Below are positions 21,144 through 30,599 of a stretch of 64,000 nucleotides of DNA, piece after piece (the first letter of the stretch is position 1; each line of letters opens with the position of its first letter). The notes under the pieces are model-generated. The model saw only the letters and a program-made list of their open reading frames with translations. It had not been told where the DNA came from and searched no databases. Origin of the DNA: Bdellovibrio sp. (GTDB lineage Bacteria > Bdellovibrionota > Bdellovibrionia > Bdellovibrionales > Bdellovibrionaceae); contig JAKFCY010000003.1 of the NCBI GenBank assembly GCA_036676395.1, positions 512,001 to 576,000 of the forward strand, read 5' to 3'. The translations under genes were made by a program, and so were the position numbers.

Positions 21144-21929
21144 TTAAAGAAGTTTAATAAATTCTGCGATAGTTTGAACATCTTCGTCTTTTAATCCATA
21201 CAAAATAATTGGTGAGAATCGAGGATTCTCAGAAACTAAATGGATTACAGTATCTTGTTCGGTATCACTATCATTAGTTGTTTTAGGTGGTGTTTGCCTT
21301 ACATATTTTTTGATTACGAAACTTTCTGCAGACTCAGGGTCGCGCAGACTACGCGCTTGAATCAGAAAAACTTTTCCTTGTCTAGAGCCGCCTGTATATT
21401 TACGAAACAAACATAGATCGCCGTTATTAATACGCGGCTGCATTGATTCGCCCTGAACATAAGTTGCAAAGTAATCTGCAGAGGAAGACTTTAAATTAAC
21501 TTCGACCCAGCCCAAAGGAGTGCTATCTGCATACTGATCGTTATCAGAAAATTTACCGGCGGCAACCTTGATAGGGTATACAGGTATATAGTTTGGCGGC
21601 GGCTTGAAATCTTCCTCATAGGGAATGACTCGCGAATCTTTAGCTATATTGGGCATGTCTTTTAAAAAAGCCAATAAGTCTAGTAGAGATACGTTCAGTG
21701 CTTCTGCATACCTGAGGAGAACTAGCACTTGAGCATCAGCAGTGCCCTTTTCTAGGCGGTCAATACTAGCTGATGAAAGCTGACTGGCTTCCTTAGATAG
21801 GCGATCAATCGAGTATCCTTTTTGTAATCTGAGTTTACGGCAATGATCGCCCAATGCTTTTAAGAAAAATTCATTCTTGTATCTTTTGCGAGGCAAACCA
21901 AGACGTTTGGCGGGTTTTGCAAGTGTCAT
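21144..21929 (-). CDS. XRE HTH plus S24 peptidase (CI/LexA-like) repressor
   Basis: HTH (RKLRLQKGYSIDRLS...IDRLEKG), VAAG cleavage site, GESM Ser and IKK Lys, LVSENP; start set to ATG 21929 because the longer start runs through the operators. Confidence 0.88.
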   Translation of the reverse strand: MTLAKPAKRLGLPRKRYKNEFFLKALGDHCRKLRLQKGYSIDRLSKEASQLSSASIDRLEKGTADAQVLVLLRYAEALNVSLLDLLAFLKDMPNIAKDSRVIPYEEDFKPPPNYIPVYPIKVAAGKFSDNDQYADSTPLGWVEVNLKSSSADYFATYVQGESMQPRINNGDLCLFRKYTGGSRQGKVFLIQARSLRDPESAESFVIKKYVRQTPPKTTNDSDTEQDTVIHLVSENPRFSPIILYGLKDEDVQTIAEFIKLL

Positions 21930-21961
21930 AAGTCTAGGATATCCCAAATACAATTTGGCCC

Positions 21962-22000
21962 ATTCCTTATTAGGAATATATATTATTCCTAATAAGGAAT
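21962..22000. promoter_or_regulatory. Twin palindromic operators ATTCCT-N4-AGGAAT
   Basis: Copies at 21962-21977 and 21985-22000, together a 17-bp perfect inverted repeat with a 5-nt spacer. Confidence 0.75.
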
Positions 22001-22005
22001 AAAGC

Positions 22006-22971
22006 GTGATCAATTATTATATTAAAAATTCAGTTACATTGCTCTTGATTGGCCTGCTCACTGCTTGTGGTAAAGAATCCCCAGTAAACAAACAAGCTGT
22101 TTTTACTCTAAGCTTACATGGCAGTGCGACTACATTTTACGAAAAAACAAATCCTGCATTTAATGCAGGTGCTATCGTCGAGAATTCGATGGTGAGCTTT
22201 CAAAATCAAATTTTTGCTTTCTATGATGAAGGTGCTAACGGAAATTTCACAAGCGCAGAGTTGGGCAATTCAGGTCAGAATTTTTTCAATCAAAAGATAT
22301 TGAATTTAGACAGGCGTTTTTCTTACGTACTAAATTATCAAGAAACGCTTTATAACTTCTTTTATAAAGCAAACTCAATTTATTTAGAAAAAAGCACAGA
22401 TGGTTTAAATTGGCAGCTAATAAACAATGGGTTACCAGTATTAAATTCTGAACCGGATCCAAATTCAATTTACTATAATGTGTGGAATGTTGCTGTAACG
22501 GTCGACGAGATGGGTGTCTGGCATCTATTCGTTGAGTGTGCTGATATCCGTAATAATACGTATGCTGGCTTAGCGTATTCGACAGCAGTTATGGTTGGCG
22601 ATCAGATAGATTTTAATCCGAATAAATCCAGCACTTTTTTAATTCAGCAGGCGGGAAATCCTTACGTCACTAATGTACCTGGTAAAGGCCTTCTAATTGT
22701 GTATGGCCAAATATTTTTGCCGAACGAAAATTTTGATTATGAATGGTATGTATCGGCAGCAACATTCAATTTGAATACTAATACTGTGACGGAGCATAAT
22801 GAGTTTCAAGTTGGCGTGCGGGGTATTCATGTCGCTGATCCTCATTTGGTAGAGTTACCTAATGGAAAAATTTTGTTAAGTTTAAGCGTTAATCAGAATT
22901 CAACTTATTTTGCCTATTCGGATCAAAGCATGAGCGAGTTTTATGATTTGTTGCTAAATGGGCTTTACTAA
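22006..22971 (+). CDS. Lipoprotein, probable beta-propeller (glycoside-hydrolase-like)
   Basis: Lipobox LTAC; STDGLNW Asp-box-like motif, GNPYV and ADPHL blade motifs. Confidence 0.65.
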   Translation: MINYYIKNSVTLLLIGLLTACGKESPVNKQAVFTLSLHGSATTFYEKTNPAFNAGAIVENSMVSFQNQIFAFYDEGANGNFTSAELGNSGQNFFNQKILNLDRRFSYVLNYQETLYNFFYKANSIYLEKSTDGLNWQLINNGLPVLNSEPDPNSIYYNVWNVAVTVDEMGVWHLFVECADIRNNTYAGLAYSTAVMVGDQIDFNPNKSSTFLIQQAGNPYVTNVPGKGLLIVYGQIFLPNENFDYEWYVSAATFNLNTNTVTEHNEFQVGVRGIHVADPHLVELPNGKILLSLSVNQNSTYFAYSDQSMSEFYDLLLNGLY

Positions 22972-22985
22972 TGCAGGTCTTGCGG

Positions 22986-23013
22986 CTTGTGTGATTTTTT
23001 TTGAAGTTTAATT
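22986..23013 (+). repeat. Right direct repeat
   Basis: CTTGTGTGA-T8-GAAGTTTAATT; one mismatch and one extra T versus the left copy. Confidence 0.8.
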
Positions 23014-23114
23014 CTTGTCTACGAAATTGACAGTCCCTTTCTTATTTTCCTGAACCTGTGTTCTTCTGTGTTTTCTGAGCGAAACCGGCCTCGTTATGCT
23101 AAAAAATAGCTTCT

Positions 23115-23879
23115 ATGAAAGCCTTTCTGCTGACATTACTTTTTACTGTTTCTGTACAAGCTCAAGTTAATCTTGCAGAGGAATATAATAAAATTCGTTT
23201 CGAGGCGACTCAGCTTGCTGGGCGACCGCAAGATATTCCACAACGGGTCGAACAGCTTAAAAAAATGTATTTAGATTCTAATGGTCGCTATGCTTTTCCG
23301 TTAGTGGCCGCTCATGGTGCAAAATACGCTGATAAGATTTTTTCAATTACGCAAACGGCCAGCGAGTTATTTTCTATTACGACATGGTTCATGGATTCTA
23401 AAGAGATGACTCAGCTCGATCGGTTGAATCTTTTAGTTTATGATTTAACCAATGAATTAGAGGATGTGAATCGGTTTGTTTTTATCGATACGTATACGAA
23501 TTACTACTTCGCTAAGAAGTACGGTCGAATGATAGGTGCTGATAAATTTATTCCAGCTGTATTGTTGCAGCAATTAAATAAAATGCTGACGATTCCAGTT
23601 TATACGGCTGAAGCCAAGCGAGAGTTGTTCTATCAAGCTTTAATGTATGAGCAACACGCGCGTGTCAGCCCGATGATTAAAAGAGTTTGTGGTGGTTTTT
23701 CAGAACAATGGTTATTGCCATTGATTATGAAGCCGCAAGTGCAGTTTTCTTATTTTCCTGTAAGTACTAAGTTTCAATTTCAAGACTTTTCTTCTGAAGA
23801 AGAACGTATTTATTATGCTTTAAAATCGTATGATCTAGCGGCGCAGGTCGGCTGGCCGCATGTGTTAAATACGTTATAA
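23115..23879 (+). CDS. Secreted hypothetical protein
   Basis: Signal peptide (VQA), 254 aa. Confidence 0.75.
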   Translation: MKAFLLTLLFTVSVQAQVNLAEEYNKIRFEATQLAGRPQDIPQRVEQLKKMYLDSNGRYAFPLVAAHGAKYADKIFSITQTASELFSITTWFMDSKEMTQLDRLNLLVYDLTNELEDVNRFVFIDTYTNYYFAKKYGRMIGADKFIPAVLLQQLNKMLTIPVYTAEAKRELFYQALMYEQHARVSPMIKRVCGGFSEQWLLPLIMKPQVQFSYFPVSTKFQFQDFSSEEERIYYALKSYDLAAQVGWPHVLNTL

Positions 23880-24242
23880 CTAATCTTGGTATACGCGAGT
23901 GAAGCAAGAAAAACGGTGGTGAACGCCGCTCTCATAAACATCAACGCGGATGTTGTCGTTGTTTGTTCCAAAAACACCTTTTGGAAACACTAAGTAAGAT
24001 TCATTAACAGCATCAACTAATTTGTAGTAGATACCATCTTCTTTTTCTTCGATTTTTTCAATGTGGTAAAGTTGGTGAGCGTCTGTTTCTGCACCTAAAG
24101 TTACGAAAAGCGTGCCTTTTTCTAACGTTGGTAAGTTCACAACGCTGTAAAATTCTTTATCTAAGTCTGAACACTGTGTGTACTGACGGGCAAAAGCTGT
24201 TGTTGATACTAATAATCCTAATACTAAAATCATCATTTTCAT
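23880..24242 (-). CDS. Small secreted protein
   Basis: GGAG RBS, signal peptide (AFA), Cys near each end. Confidence 0.75.
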   Translation of the reverse strand: MKMMILVLGLLVSTTAFARQYTQCSDLDKEFYSVVNLPTLEKGTLFVTLGAETDAHQLYHIEKIEEKEDGIYYKLVDAVNESYLVFPKGVFGTNNDNIRVDVYESGVHHRFSCFTRVYQD

Positions 24243-24392
24243 AAGACCCACTCCTTGTTAATTTAAAAGTGTTTATGGGCGTAAACACCAAGCTAGTCAA
24301 TGAAACCAAGACGGTCGGTAGAAATGAAAACTAAGTGAATTTTTATGCGCATAATATTCAAGGTATTTCAAAATGAGACAGTTAAATAACGG

Positions 24393-24420
24393 TGAAAATT
24401 CGAAAACAAAAAGCCGATAA
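24393..24420 (+). promoter_or_regulatory. Sigma28 (FliA)-type promoter of the lytic transglycosylase
   Basis: TGAA-N16-GCCGATAA with a perfect -10 box, 7 nt before ATG 24428. Confidence 0.65.
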
Positions 24421-24427
24421 GTCTTGT

Positions 24428-25570
24428 ATGAAACTAGTCTTATCCGTTCTTCTATTGTCGTGGTCTTTAGCCAGCTTGGCGCAACAAAATATTTCTAATG
24501 TCGGTCTAGCGACTTGGGTTCCGCCCAATTGGCAGACTTATCAGGCGATCGGATACACTGCAGATACTTTTAGAGTGCCCGAAGGGCTTAAAAAGAGCGT
24601 CGATTTCTGGATTCAAATTTACACGAAATACACGACCCAGCAGGGCGTGTTTCACGTTGCCGGCGATACTGACCAGATTCTTGGGGATTTTGACCTGACG
24701 CAGGTTTATGCCAATCAAAAATGGTCGCCGGTTCGTCGTGAATTAGAGGCCGAGATTTTAATTAGACGTCAGAAAAAATTATTGGCTTCGCGCTTTAAAA
24801 TTGATGTTAAAAAAATTCGTCTGCAAATGGGTTTAAAAGATCGCATGCAGCATGCAATTAAGGTTTCTGGCTATTATTTGCCACAGATGGAAAAAATCTT
24901 TGAACAAGAAAAAATTCCGAAAGAATTAACACGCGTGGTGTTTGTTGAAAGTTCATTTAATATTTTTGCTGAATCAAAAGTCGGTGCAAGTGGTCTTTGG
25001 CAGATCATGCCGCGTGTATCAAGAAAATTTAAATACATGCAAGATGCGCAGGATCTGCGAAATCACCCGATCTATGCAACAAAACTAGCAGCTAAAATCT
25101 TTAAAGAAAATTATCAGATCTTGAAATCATGGCCATTGGCAGTGACTGGTTACAATCACGGCGTGGGCAGCATGAAAAAACTTGTGAAAAAGTATAAATC
25201 GAACGACATTTCTTATTTAGTAGATAACGTAGGTGCCAGTAAAAGTTTTGGTTTTGCATCTCGAAATTTCTATGCAACTTATTTAGCGGCCTTATACGTT
25301 GAATCACATGCTAATTTATATTTTCCAGAACCAGTTTATAAGTTTCAGGAATTACAGGTGCGCGCCGTTAAGGTTGTAAAACCTATGCCGTATCATGAGC
25401 TATTAAGCTATTTCGGCTCTGATCGCATTAAATTGCGCTTGTATAACCCGCACATCAAATCAAGTTACCTAAAGCCCGGCAGAAGCCTTCCTAAAGGCGT
25501 AATCGCGAATCTTCCGAAAGTCGATAAGGTTACGAAAATCGCTGGCGTTATTGATCAAGGCGAACTTTAA
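24428..25570 (+). CDS. Lytic transglycosylase (SLT/MltD-like)
   Basis: Catalytic VESSF, GASGLWQIM, YNHG; signal peptide. Confidence 0.9.
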   Translation: MKLVLSVLLLSWSLASLAQQNISNVGLATWVPPNWQTYQAIGYTADTFRVPEGLKKSVDFWIQIYTKYTTQQGVFHVAGDTDQILGDFDLTQVYANQKWSPVRRELEAEILIRRQKKLLASRFKIDVKKIRLQMGLKDRMQHAIKVSGYYLPQMEKIFEQEKIPKELTRVVFVESSFNIFAESKVGASGLWQIMPRVSRKFKYMQDAQDLRNHPIYATKLAAKIFKENYQILKSWPLAVTGYNHGVGSMKKLVKKYKSNDISYLVDNVGASKSFGFASRNFYATYLAALYVESHANLYFPEPVYKFQELQVRAVKVVKPMPYHELLSYFGSDRIKLRLYNPHIKSSYLKPGRSLPKGVIANLPKVDKVTKIAGVIDQGEL

Positions 25571-25628
25571 AATAAAAAAGCCTGGTTCAATCCAGGCTTT
25601 TTTATTTAATCTATGTCGCAACGATACA

Positions 25629-25647
25629 AGAAACAGGGCCTGGCACC
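25629..25647 (-). repeat. 19-bp REP-like element, copy 2
   Basis: Exact reverse complement of 5997-6015. Confidence 0.75.
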
Positions 25648-25649
25648 AA

Positions 25650-27320
25650 TTAAGGTTTTGATAAAGTCTGTAATTTAATAGGTACGAAAATTCCTTTTGA
25701 AATATTTGATCGTAATAAGTAAGGAACGGCATAATATCGGTTATACTGGTTCGGTATAACGCGAGAAGATTGTAGATCTTCAACCGCTAATTTAATTTTA
25801 GCTGTGTAGCTATCGATCGACATAAATGCATCATAGGCTGCTTTGCTTTTTTCCCAAAGGTTACCAATTTTAGCGCCCACGCCAGAATTAGCCGGTGGTG
25901 GTGATTGGAACACGCGCATCAAATCGGTGTAAGATTTTAGATCGCCCAGTGATTCAGATAATTTAGGAAACAAGAAAGAAAAGATTATTTTATTAAACTG
26001 ATGTTTTTCTTCTAATGAATAAGTCACAAACTCAGTTTTACCGTTTGATTTAGGTAAGACAGGTTTTCCTTTTGGGTCTAAAGCTAACTCTAAAAGATAG
26101 CCTTGCTGAGTGCTTGTATTGTTTTTTACGAAATAAATATCACGGCCAAAAATAGTATAAACTAACGAGCGCATATTCGATACACGTAAAGCCATTTCTT
26201 TTTCCCAGATAGGGCCGTCTTCTTCTTTTTCAAAGCGGTGATATTCATTCATTGGTTGGGGAACAAGTCCACGTAATAACGAGTGAATGATCTTAGTTGT
26301 TAAACCTTCATTACCACCTAGTGAAACAACATAGCGAGCATCAATAGTTTCAGCAGGACGCCCTAAAGCTTTTAAGATCATTGGTTGGTTAACAATCTTC
26401 TTAAAATTTTCTCGGTCTTCAGACAAAGCCAGCGAAATACTTGCTGCGGCCTGAAACGAATCTTGACCAGGGGTATAGTTTTTTAAATAAGTCTCAACAC
26501 CGTTAGTTACATAGCCAAGTTTTTTTGCGCGATCAAAAACATTATTTAAGGCAAAATCTACGAATTCAGGTTCGTTTAAAATTTTCTTAGAAACATATTT
26601 ATGAATGAGCTGGTTTGAGTGATATAACTCGCCAAGGGCAGCGCCGTCTAATTTAGCGTTAGGGCCTTTATCAGAAAACGCGATTTCGTAATCGATTTCA
26701 GATTCAGGTAATAGTGTGCGTACCGCAACCATGGCTTTTAAAACTGAACGGGCCATTGCGAAATATTTTTCAACTGAAGCTGCATCTACATAAGGACGAT
26801 CAGGGTGATGCCAAAAATGTGCATGGCCTAATTCAGCTACTGTACCTGCGTGAGCAAATGAATCTTCTAAGGTATGAAGACCCGCAGAGATCTTCATTAA
26901 GTTACCTTCCATTAAACCTTCAGTGAAAAGTTCTGTCGCAAATTCATGATCTGCTTCTGTTTCTGTATAAGTATTTAATTCAATTCCAGAAGAGGGATCT
27001 TGTTTCAATAAACCCGCGAATCGGGTCATTGCATCTTGAGGATTTAGTTTATTTGCTAATGGATCTCCCGGAAAATGTAATAGGCGGCGTTTTTTAATAC
27101 CTGTAGCAGGCAGAATAATCATACTTAAAGGATCAGAAATATAAGACTCATCCATCCATTGTGCGCCTAAAGCCAGCTTAAGTGCCACATTGTGTTTGAT
27201 GCCGGCAAAACGGGCCATCGAGTATGTTCCATAAAAGTGAGTATCGACATCATAAGCTGATGCAGAAACTGAAACTAATAAGATCGCTGGCATTATCAAT
27301 TTTTGAATAAGTTTTTTCAT
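25650..27320 (-). CDS. Secreted protein, Zn-dependent phospholipase C/P1-nuclease-like (DUF6765-like)
   Basis: Signal peptide; mature N-terminus YDVDTHFYGTY, LHF, LHTLEDSFAH metal-ligand pattern. Confidence 0.6.
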   Translation of the reverse strand: MKKLIQKLIMPAILLVSVSASAYDVDTHFYGTYSMARFAGIKHNVALKLALGAQWMDESYISDPLSMIILPATGIKKRRLLHFPGDPLANKLNPQDAMTRFAGLLKQDPSSGIELNTYTETEADHEFATELFTEGLMEGNLMKISAGLHTLEDSFAHAGTVAELGHAHFWHHPDRPYVDAASVEKYFAMARSVLKAMVAVRTLLPESEIDYEIAFSDKGPNAKLDGAALGELYHSNQLIHKYVSKKILNEPEFVDFALNNVFDRAKKLGYVTNGVETYLKNYTPGQDSFQAAASISLALSEDRENFKKIVNQPMILKALGRPAETIDARYVVSLGGNEGLTTKIIHSLLRGLVPQPMNEYHRFEKEEDGPIWEKEMALRVSNMRSLVYTIFGRDIYFVKNNTSTQQGYLLELALDPKGKPVLPKSNGKTEFVTYSLEEKHQFNKIIFSFLFPKLSESLGDLKSYTDLMRVFQSPPPANSGVGAKIGNLWEKSKAAYDAFMSIDSYTAKIKLAVEDLQSSRVIPNQYNRYYAVPYLLRSNISKGIFVPIKLQTLSKP

Positions 27321-27523
27321 ATCCTGATAATGTGCAAAATATAAACCCTTCTAGATCAATTACACCAGTTTTGGACTGTCAAAGATCTGAACAGAGCCGT
27401 TAGATTGTCATCGCCTGGGCGGCCCGTCTCAGAATGAGATTCAGATATTTTCGCAGGATATTAACATATGACAAGTCTAGCCAACCTGAACTAGCGTGGC
27501 TGGTATTAAGCCTTTGGGGGGTT

Positions 27524-28156
27524 ATGAAATCATCATTAGTTATTGCCACATTCATTCTAACTTTCACTGCAGTTTTAAGTGCTTTTTCAGCTGATGATCA
27601 ACGCGTAAGAGCCGGATTATTCGAAGTGCAAAGCGCGTACAGCCAAACACAAATTTTATTTAACGAAGTTACACCTCAACAAAAAGAACGTGTTCGTTAT
27701 ATCAGTCAAAAATTAGCGCTTGCTGAGAGCTATTTACAACAATCGCTAAATCAGCTTCCGCCAAATCCGCCGCATCAAGAAGCGAATGTAGAATTATTTC
27801 GTAGTGATTCATGTAGCAGTGATTTAGTCGCTGTTGTAAATTCGACGACAGATTGTTCGCGATTTAACGATACCGAATCAGTTTGGGCGATTCGGGTAAA
27901 TAACAAATGCCAAGATATCGACGACACAAATTTAATGATGGGCTGCCGGGCATTTAAGGCGATGAATTCACCCCGTGCCGTGAAGCTTTACCACTCGGAT
28001 ACTTGCCGTGATTCAATGATTGCGGCGATTGATCATAACACCGCTTGCGAAAGCTTGACTGGCTTAGAAAATGTTTGGGCTATTCAAAGCAACGGACAAT
28101 GCCAAGACGTCAGTGATCTTGATGTTGTGACTGCTTGTAAGAGATTTAAGCCCTAA
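27524..28156 (+). CDS. Secreted protein with two tandem 4-Cys domains
   Basis: Signal peptide from ATG 27524; duplicated SDxC...C...VWAI...CQD...C..FK unit. Confidence 0.75.
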   Translation: MKSSLVIATFILTFTAVLSAFSADDQRVRAGLFEVQSAYSQTQILFNEVTPQQKERVRYISQKLALAESYLQQSLNQLPPNPPHQEANVELFRSDSCSSDLVAVVNSTTDCSRFNDTESVWAIRVNNKCQDIDDTNLMMGCRAFKAMNSPRAVKLYHSDTCRDSMIAAIDHNTACESLTGLENVWAIQSNGQCQDVSDLDVVTACKRFKP

Positions 28157-28329
28157 ATAAAATTTATCTCTAAATCTTAACAAAATTGCGCAAATCATTT
28201 GCGTGAATATGGGCATTTGGTCTAACCATTGACATTATTATTAGTAAACTTACTCTAACCCCCAATTCAGGGGGTGACGCTCTCTCAAGTTGACCTCAGA
28301 CTATATAAATAAAAAGGCGTCTAAATTGG

Positions 28330-29067
28330 ATGAAGATGCTCACCAAGAATGCTATAAAAGATAGCCTCCTGATGACAACTTTAAGAAAGAGTAGCTTGAA
28401 AACATTAGCTGAATTCGCACAGAGCATTTGCTTAGTCATAGAAGATAATACAACCCAATTTTTATCAAAAGTAGTGACCTCGGCCTTTCCGGGGATTTCT
28501 GTGCATTGTACACCTTCTATAAAAGAAGCTCAAAGCTGGTTACATGAGCGCACGACAAATACAAAACGGACTCCATTGTATTTAGCCTTAGTTGATTTGG
28601 GCTTGCCTGACGGATCCGGCTTAGAAGTGATTCGTTTATTAAAAGAAAAAGAGCCACATACACAGTCTGTTGTTGTGACGATTTATGAACAAGATAAATA
28701 TCTTTTCGAAGCCTTAAGTGCGGGAGCAGTTGGTTATCTACTTAAAAAAGATGATCCAAGTTTGTTATCGGATATTTTAAAACGCATTTTACATAACGAA
28801 CCCCCATTATCACCATCGATTGCAAATCGTTTGATTGAATATTTTCGCGAACCTGAAAAACATAGCACAATTAAAACTGAGCTAACCATTCGTGAAAGTG
28901 AAACTTTAGCGCATTTAGCTAGGGGATTAACCGTGGCCGAAGCAGCTGCACGCATGGGTTTAAGTGCGCAGACTGTAGCGGGTTATGTGAAAGTTATTTA
29001 TCAAAAGTTACATGTCTCTAATCGCGCCGAAGCAACACGCGAAGCCATTCGTCGCGGCCTAGTCTAA
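28330..29067 (+). CDS. NarL/LuxR-family response regulator (no adjacent kinase)
   Basis: LVDLGLPDGSG receiver, GAVGYLLK, LTIRE...IYQKLHV HTH; start uncertain. Confidence 0.9.
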   Translation: MKMLTKNAIKDSLLMTTLRKSSLKTLAEFAQSICLVIEDNTTQFLSKVVTSAFPGISVHCTPSIKEAQSWLHERTTNTKRTPLYLALVDLGLPDGSGLEVIRLLKEKEPHTQSVVVTIYEQDKYLFEALSAGAVGYLLKKDDPSLLSDILKRILHNEPPLSPSIANRLIEYFREPEKHSTIKTELTIRESETLAHLARGLTVAEAAARMGLSAQTVAGYVKVIYQKLHVSNRAEATREAIRRGLV

Positions 29068-29146
29068 TATGCCATAGCGACCCCATTACGCCGGGACTTT
29101 TTTACCGGTAAATTCTGTTTTATGGAATACGCCGCACAAGGCCTGA

Positions 29147-29162
29147 TGGCCCTGTGCTTGCT
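29147..29162 (+). promoter_or_regulatory. Sigma54-type promoter
   Basis: TGGCCCTGTGCTTGCT. Confidence 0.65.
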
Positions 29163-29213
29163 CCTCTTTGTAAAATTAGGCAAAACACCTTTTACGAAAG
29201 ACGGAGTTCTCGT

Positions 29214-30482
29214 ATGTTCAAATTATTTAAAAGATTTGTCGTGATCATAGCATCACTTTATTCAACCCAAGTTTTCGCTGATGCTGTGCCTGCTTGTTAC
29301 GGCTTTACCGTCGCTGAAAGCCCAGAAGCTGATGCGGCAGTGGTCGAAAATAAAGAGATCTGGTGTTACCAGCAATTAAGTCATCCGCAAGGTATGCTTT
29401 TTGTTTTTAATGCTGATAGTGATACAATTAAGCCTGAATTGGCATTCACAGTAGATGCGGGCGGAGTCATGACTCATGCTTCGATGGTGCAAGGCCGGCG
29501 TTCGGTTCACAAAGTTTTAGTTAAAGAATTTAATCCGTTTTCAATACCAGCGAATGAACCAAAAGGTTTGCCATCGCTTGCGCCACAATATTTAAATCAC
29601 AAGATGCTAAGTTCAGCCAATGAAGCTTTACGCGTGTTATCCACGTCACGCTCAACATTAGCATCGCTAGCAATCGACACAGGCACTATCGTTGAAGATG
29701 CTGATATTAAACCCTGGCGTGGATATTGGTGGGCTTACAACGGGCGTCGTTTATCTAACGGATCAAATTCTCCGATGGCCAAATATGATCGCTTTGTTAA
29801 AGCCAGAACTGGGTCAAACCCAGGGGCGCAGTCATGGGAAAATTCGCGTCATCGTTATCACGGCATTAATTGGGAGGGTCATTGTAATGGGTGGGCGGCA
29901 AGTTCAGTTTTACGCTCAGAACCTAAGGCTTCAAAAATTGATCAACAATCAGGAATGATTTTTTCGGTGTCTGATCAAAAGGGTTTATTAGCTGAAACTG
30001 ATTACTGTGTAAAAATCGCATTTTTTGGTAATCGATATCGCGGCTCAAACAGCAATCGTCGCGATATTAATCCAGCGTTATTTCATAAAACTTTACGTTA
30101 CTACATTGGTAATTTAAAAAAACCAGTTGCTGCAGATTACAAACAACTAGCCGAAGTGGATAATCATGTGATTTCTGGCTACACGATGACTATCAAACAA
30201 ACCGGAGAAAATACTTATTCTGTGAAAACCCAAATTCGTATTCACAAATATGATAAGGGCACTAGCTCAGTTCCTGGAGAAGCTCCCATGTATACGCGTA
30301 CCTATTCGTATCGTTTGCGTGAAGCTGCAGATGGAAGTTTAACCGGTTCATGGATATCCACTAATCCAGACTTTTTATGGGTGCCGTTAGCCAGCGAAGA
30401 TTGTAACAATAACAATCCACGTATTGATCACGCCCGAATTCAGGAAATGTTAGATTTACCTGAAGTTACTTCTGATAATTAA
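29214..30482 (+). CDS. Secreted transglutaminase-elicitor-like protein
   Basis: PWRGYWW, SPMAKYD, WEGHCNGWA (catalytic Cys), NPDFLW; GGAG RBS before ATG 29214. Confidence 0.7.
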   Translation: MFKLFKRFVVIIASLYSTQVFADAVPACYGFTVAESPEADAAVVENKEIWCYQQLSHPQGMLFVFNADSDTIKPELAFTVDAGGVMTHASMVQGRRSVHKVLVKEFNPFSIPANEPKGLPSLAPQYLNHKMLSSANEALRVLSTSRSTLASLAIDTGTIVEDADIKPWRGYWWAYNGRRLSNGSNSPMAKYDRFVKARTGSNPGAQSWENSRHRYHGINWEGHCNGWAASSVLRSEPKASKIDQQSGMIFSVSDQKGLLAETDYCVKIAFFGNRYRGSNSNRRDINPALFHKTLRYYIGNLKKPVAADYKQLAEVDNHVISGYTMTIKQTGENTYSVKTQIRIHKYDKGTSSVPGEAPMYTRTYSYRLREAADGSLTGSWISTNPDFLWVPLASEDCNNNNPRIDHARIQEMLDLPEVTSDN

Positions 30483-30599
30483 TATTTTATTTAGTATCTT
30501 TATATTTATTGCTCCTTAGGGTTTCTGAGGAGCAATTTTTTCGACTTTAGGCCAGCCCTAGACTTTGTCTTTCACTTTAAATTCTGCCAAAATTAATGA

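Larger units (their letters stand above)
21126..23013. mobile_element. About 1.9-kb integrase-less insert bounded by direct repeats
   Basis: Duplicated gene 3' end flanks a phage-like repressor and a lipoprotein gene. Confidence 0.6.

Noticed and set aside
16733..23100. Genomic island integrated at tRNA-Val
   Set aside because: No duplicated tRNA 3' end or integrase found by eye
24344..24371. dif site (TATGCGCATAA resembles the XerC arm)
   Set aside because: No XerD arm (TTATGTTAAAT) at the required spacing
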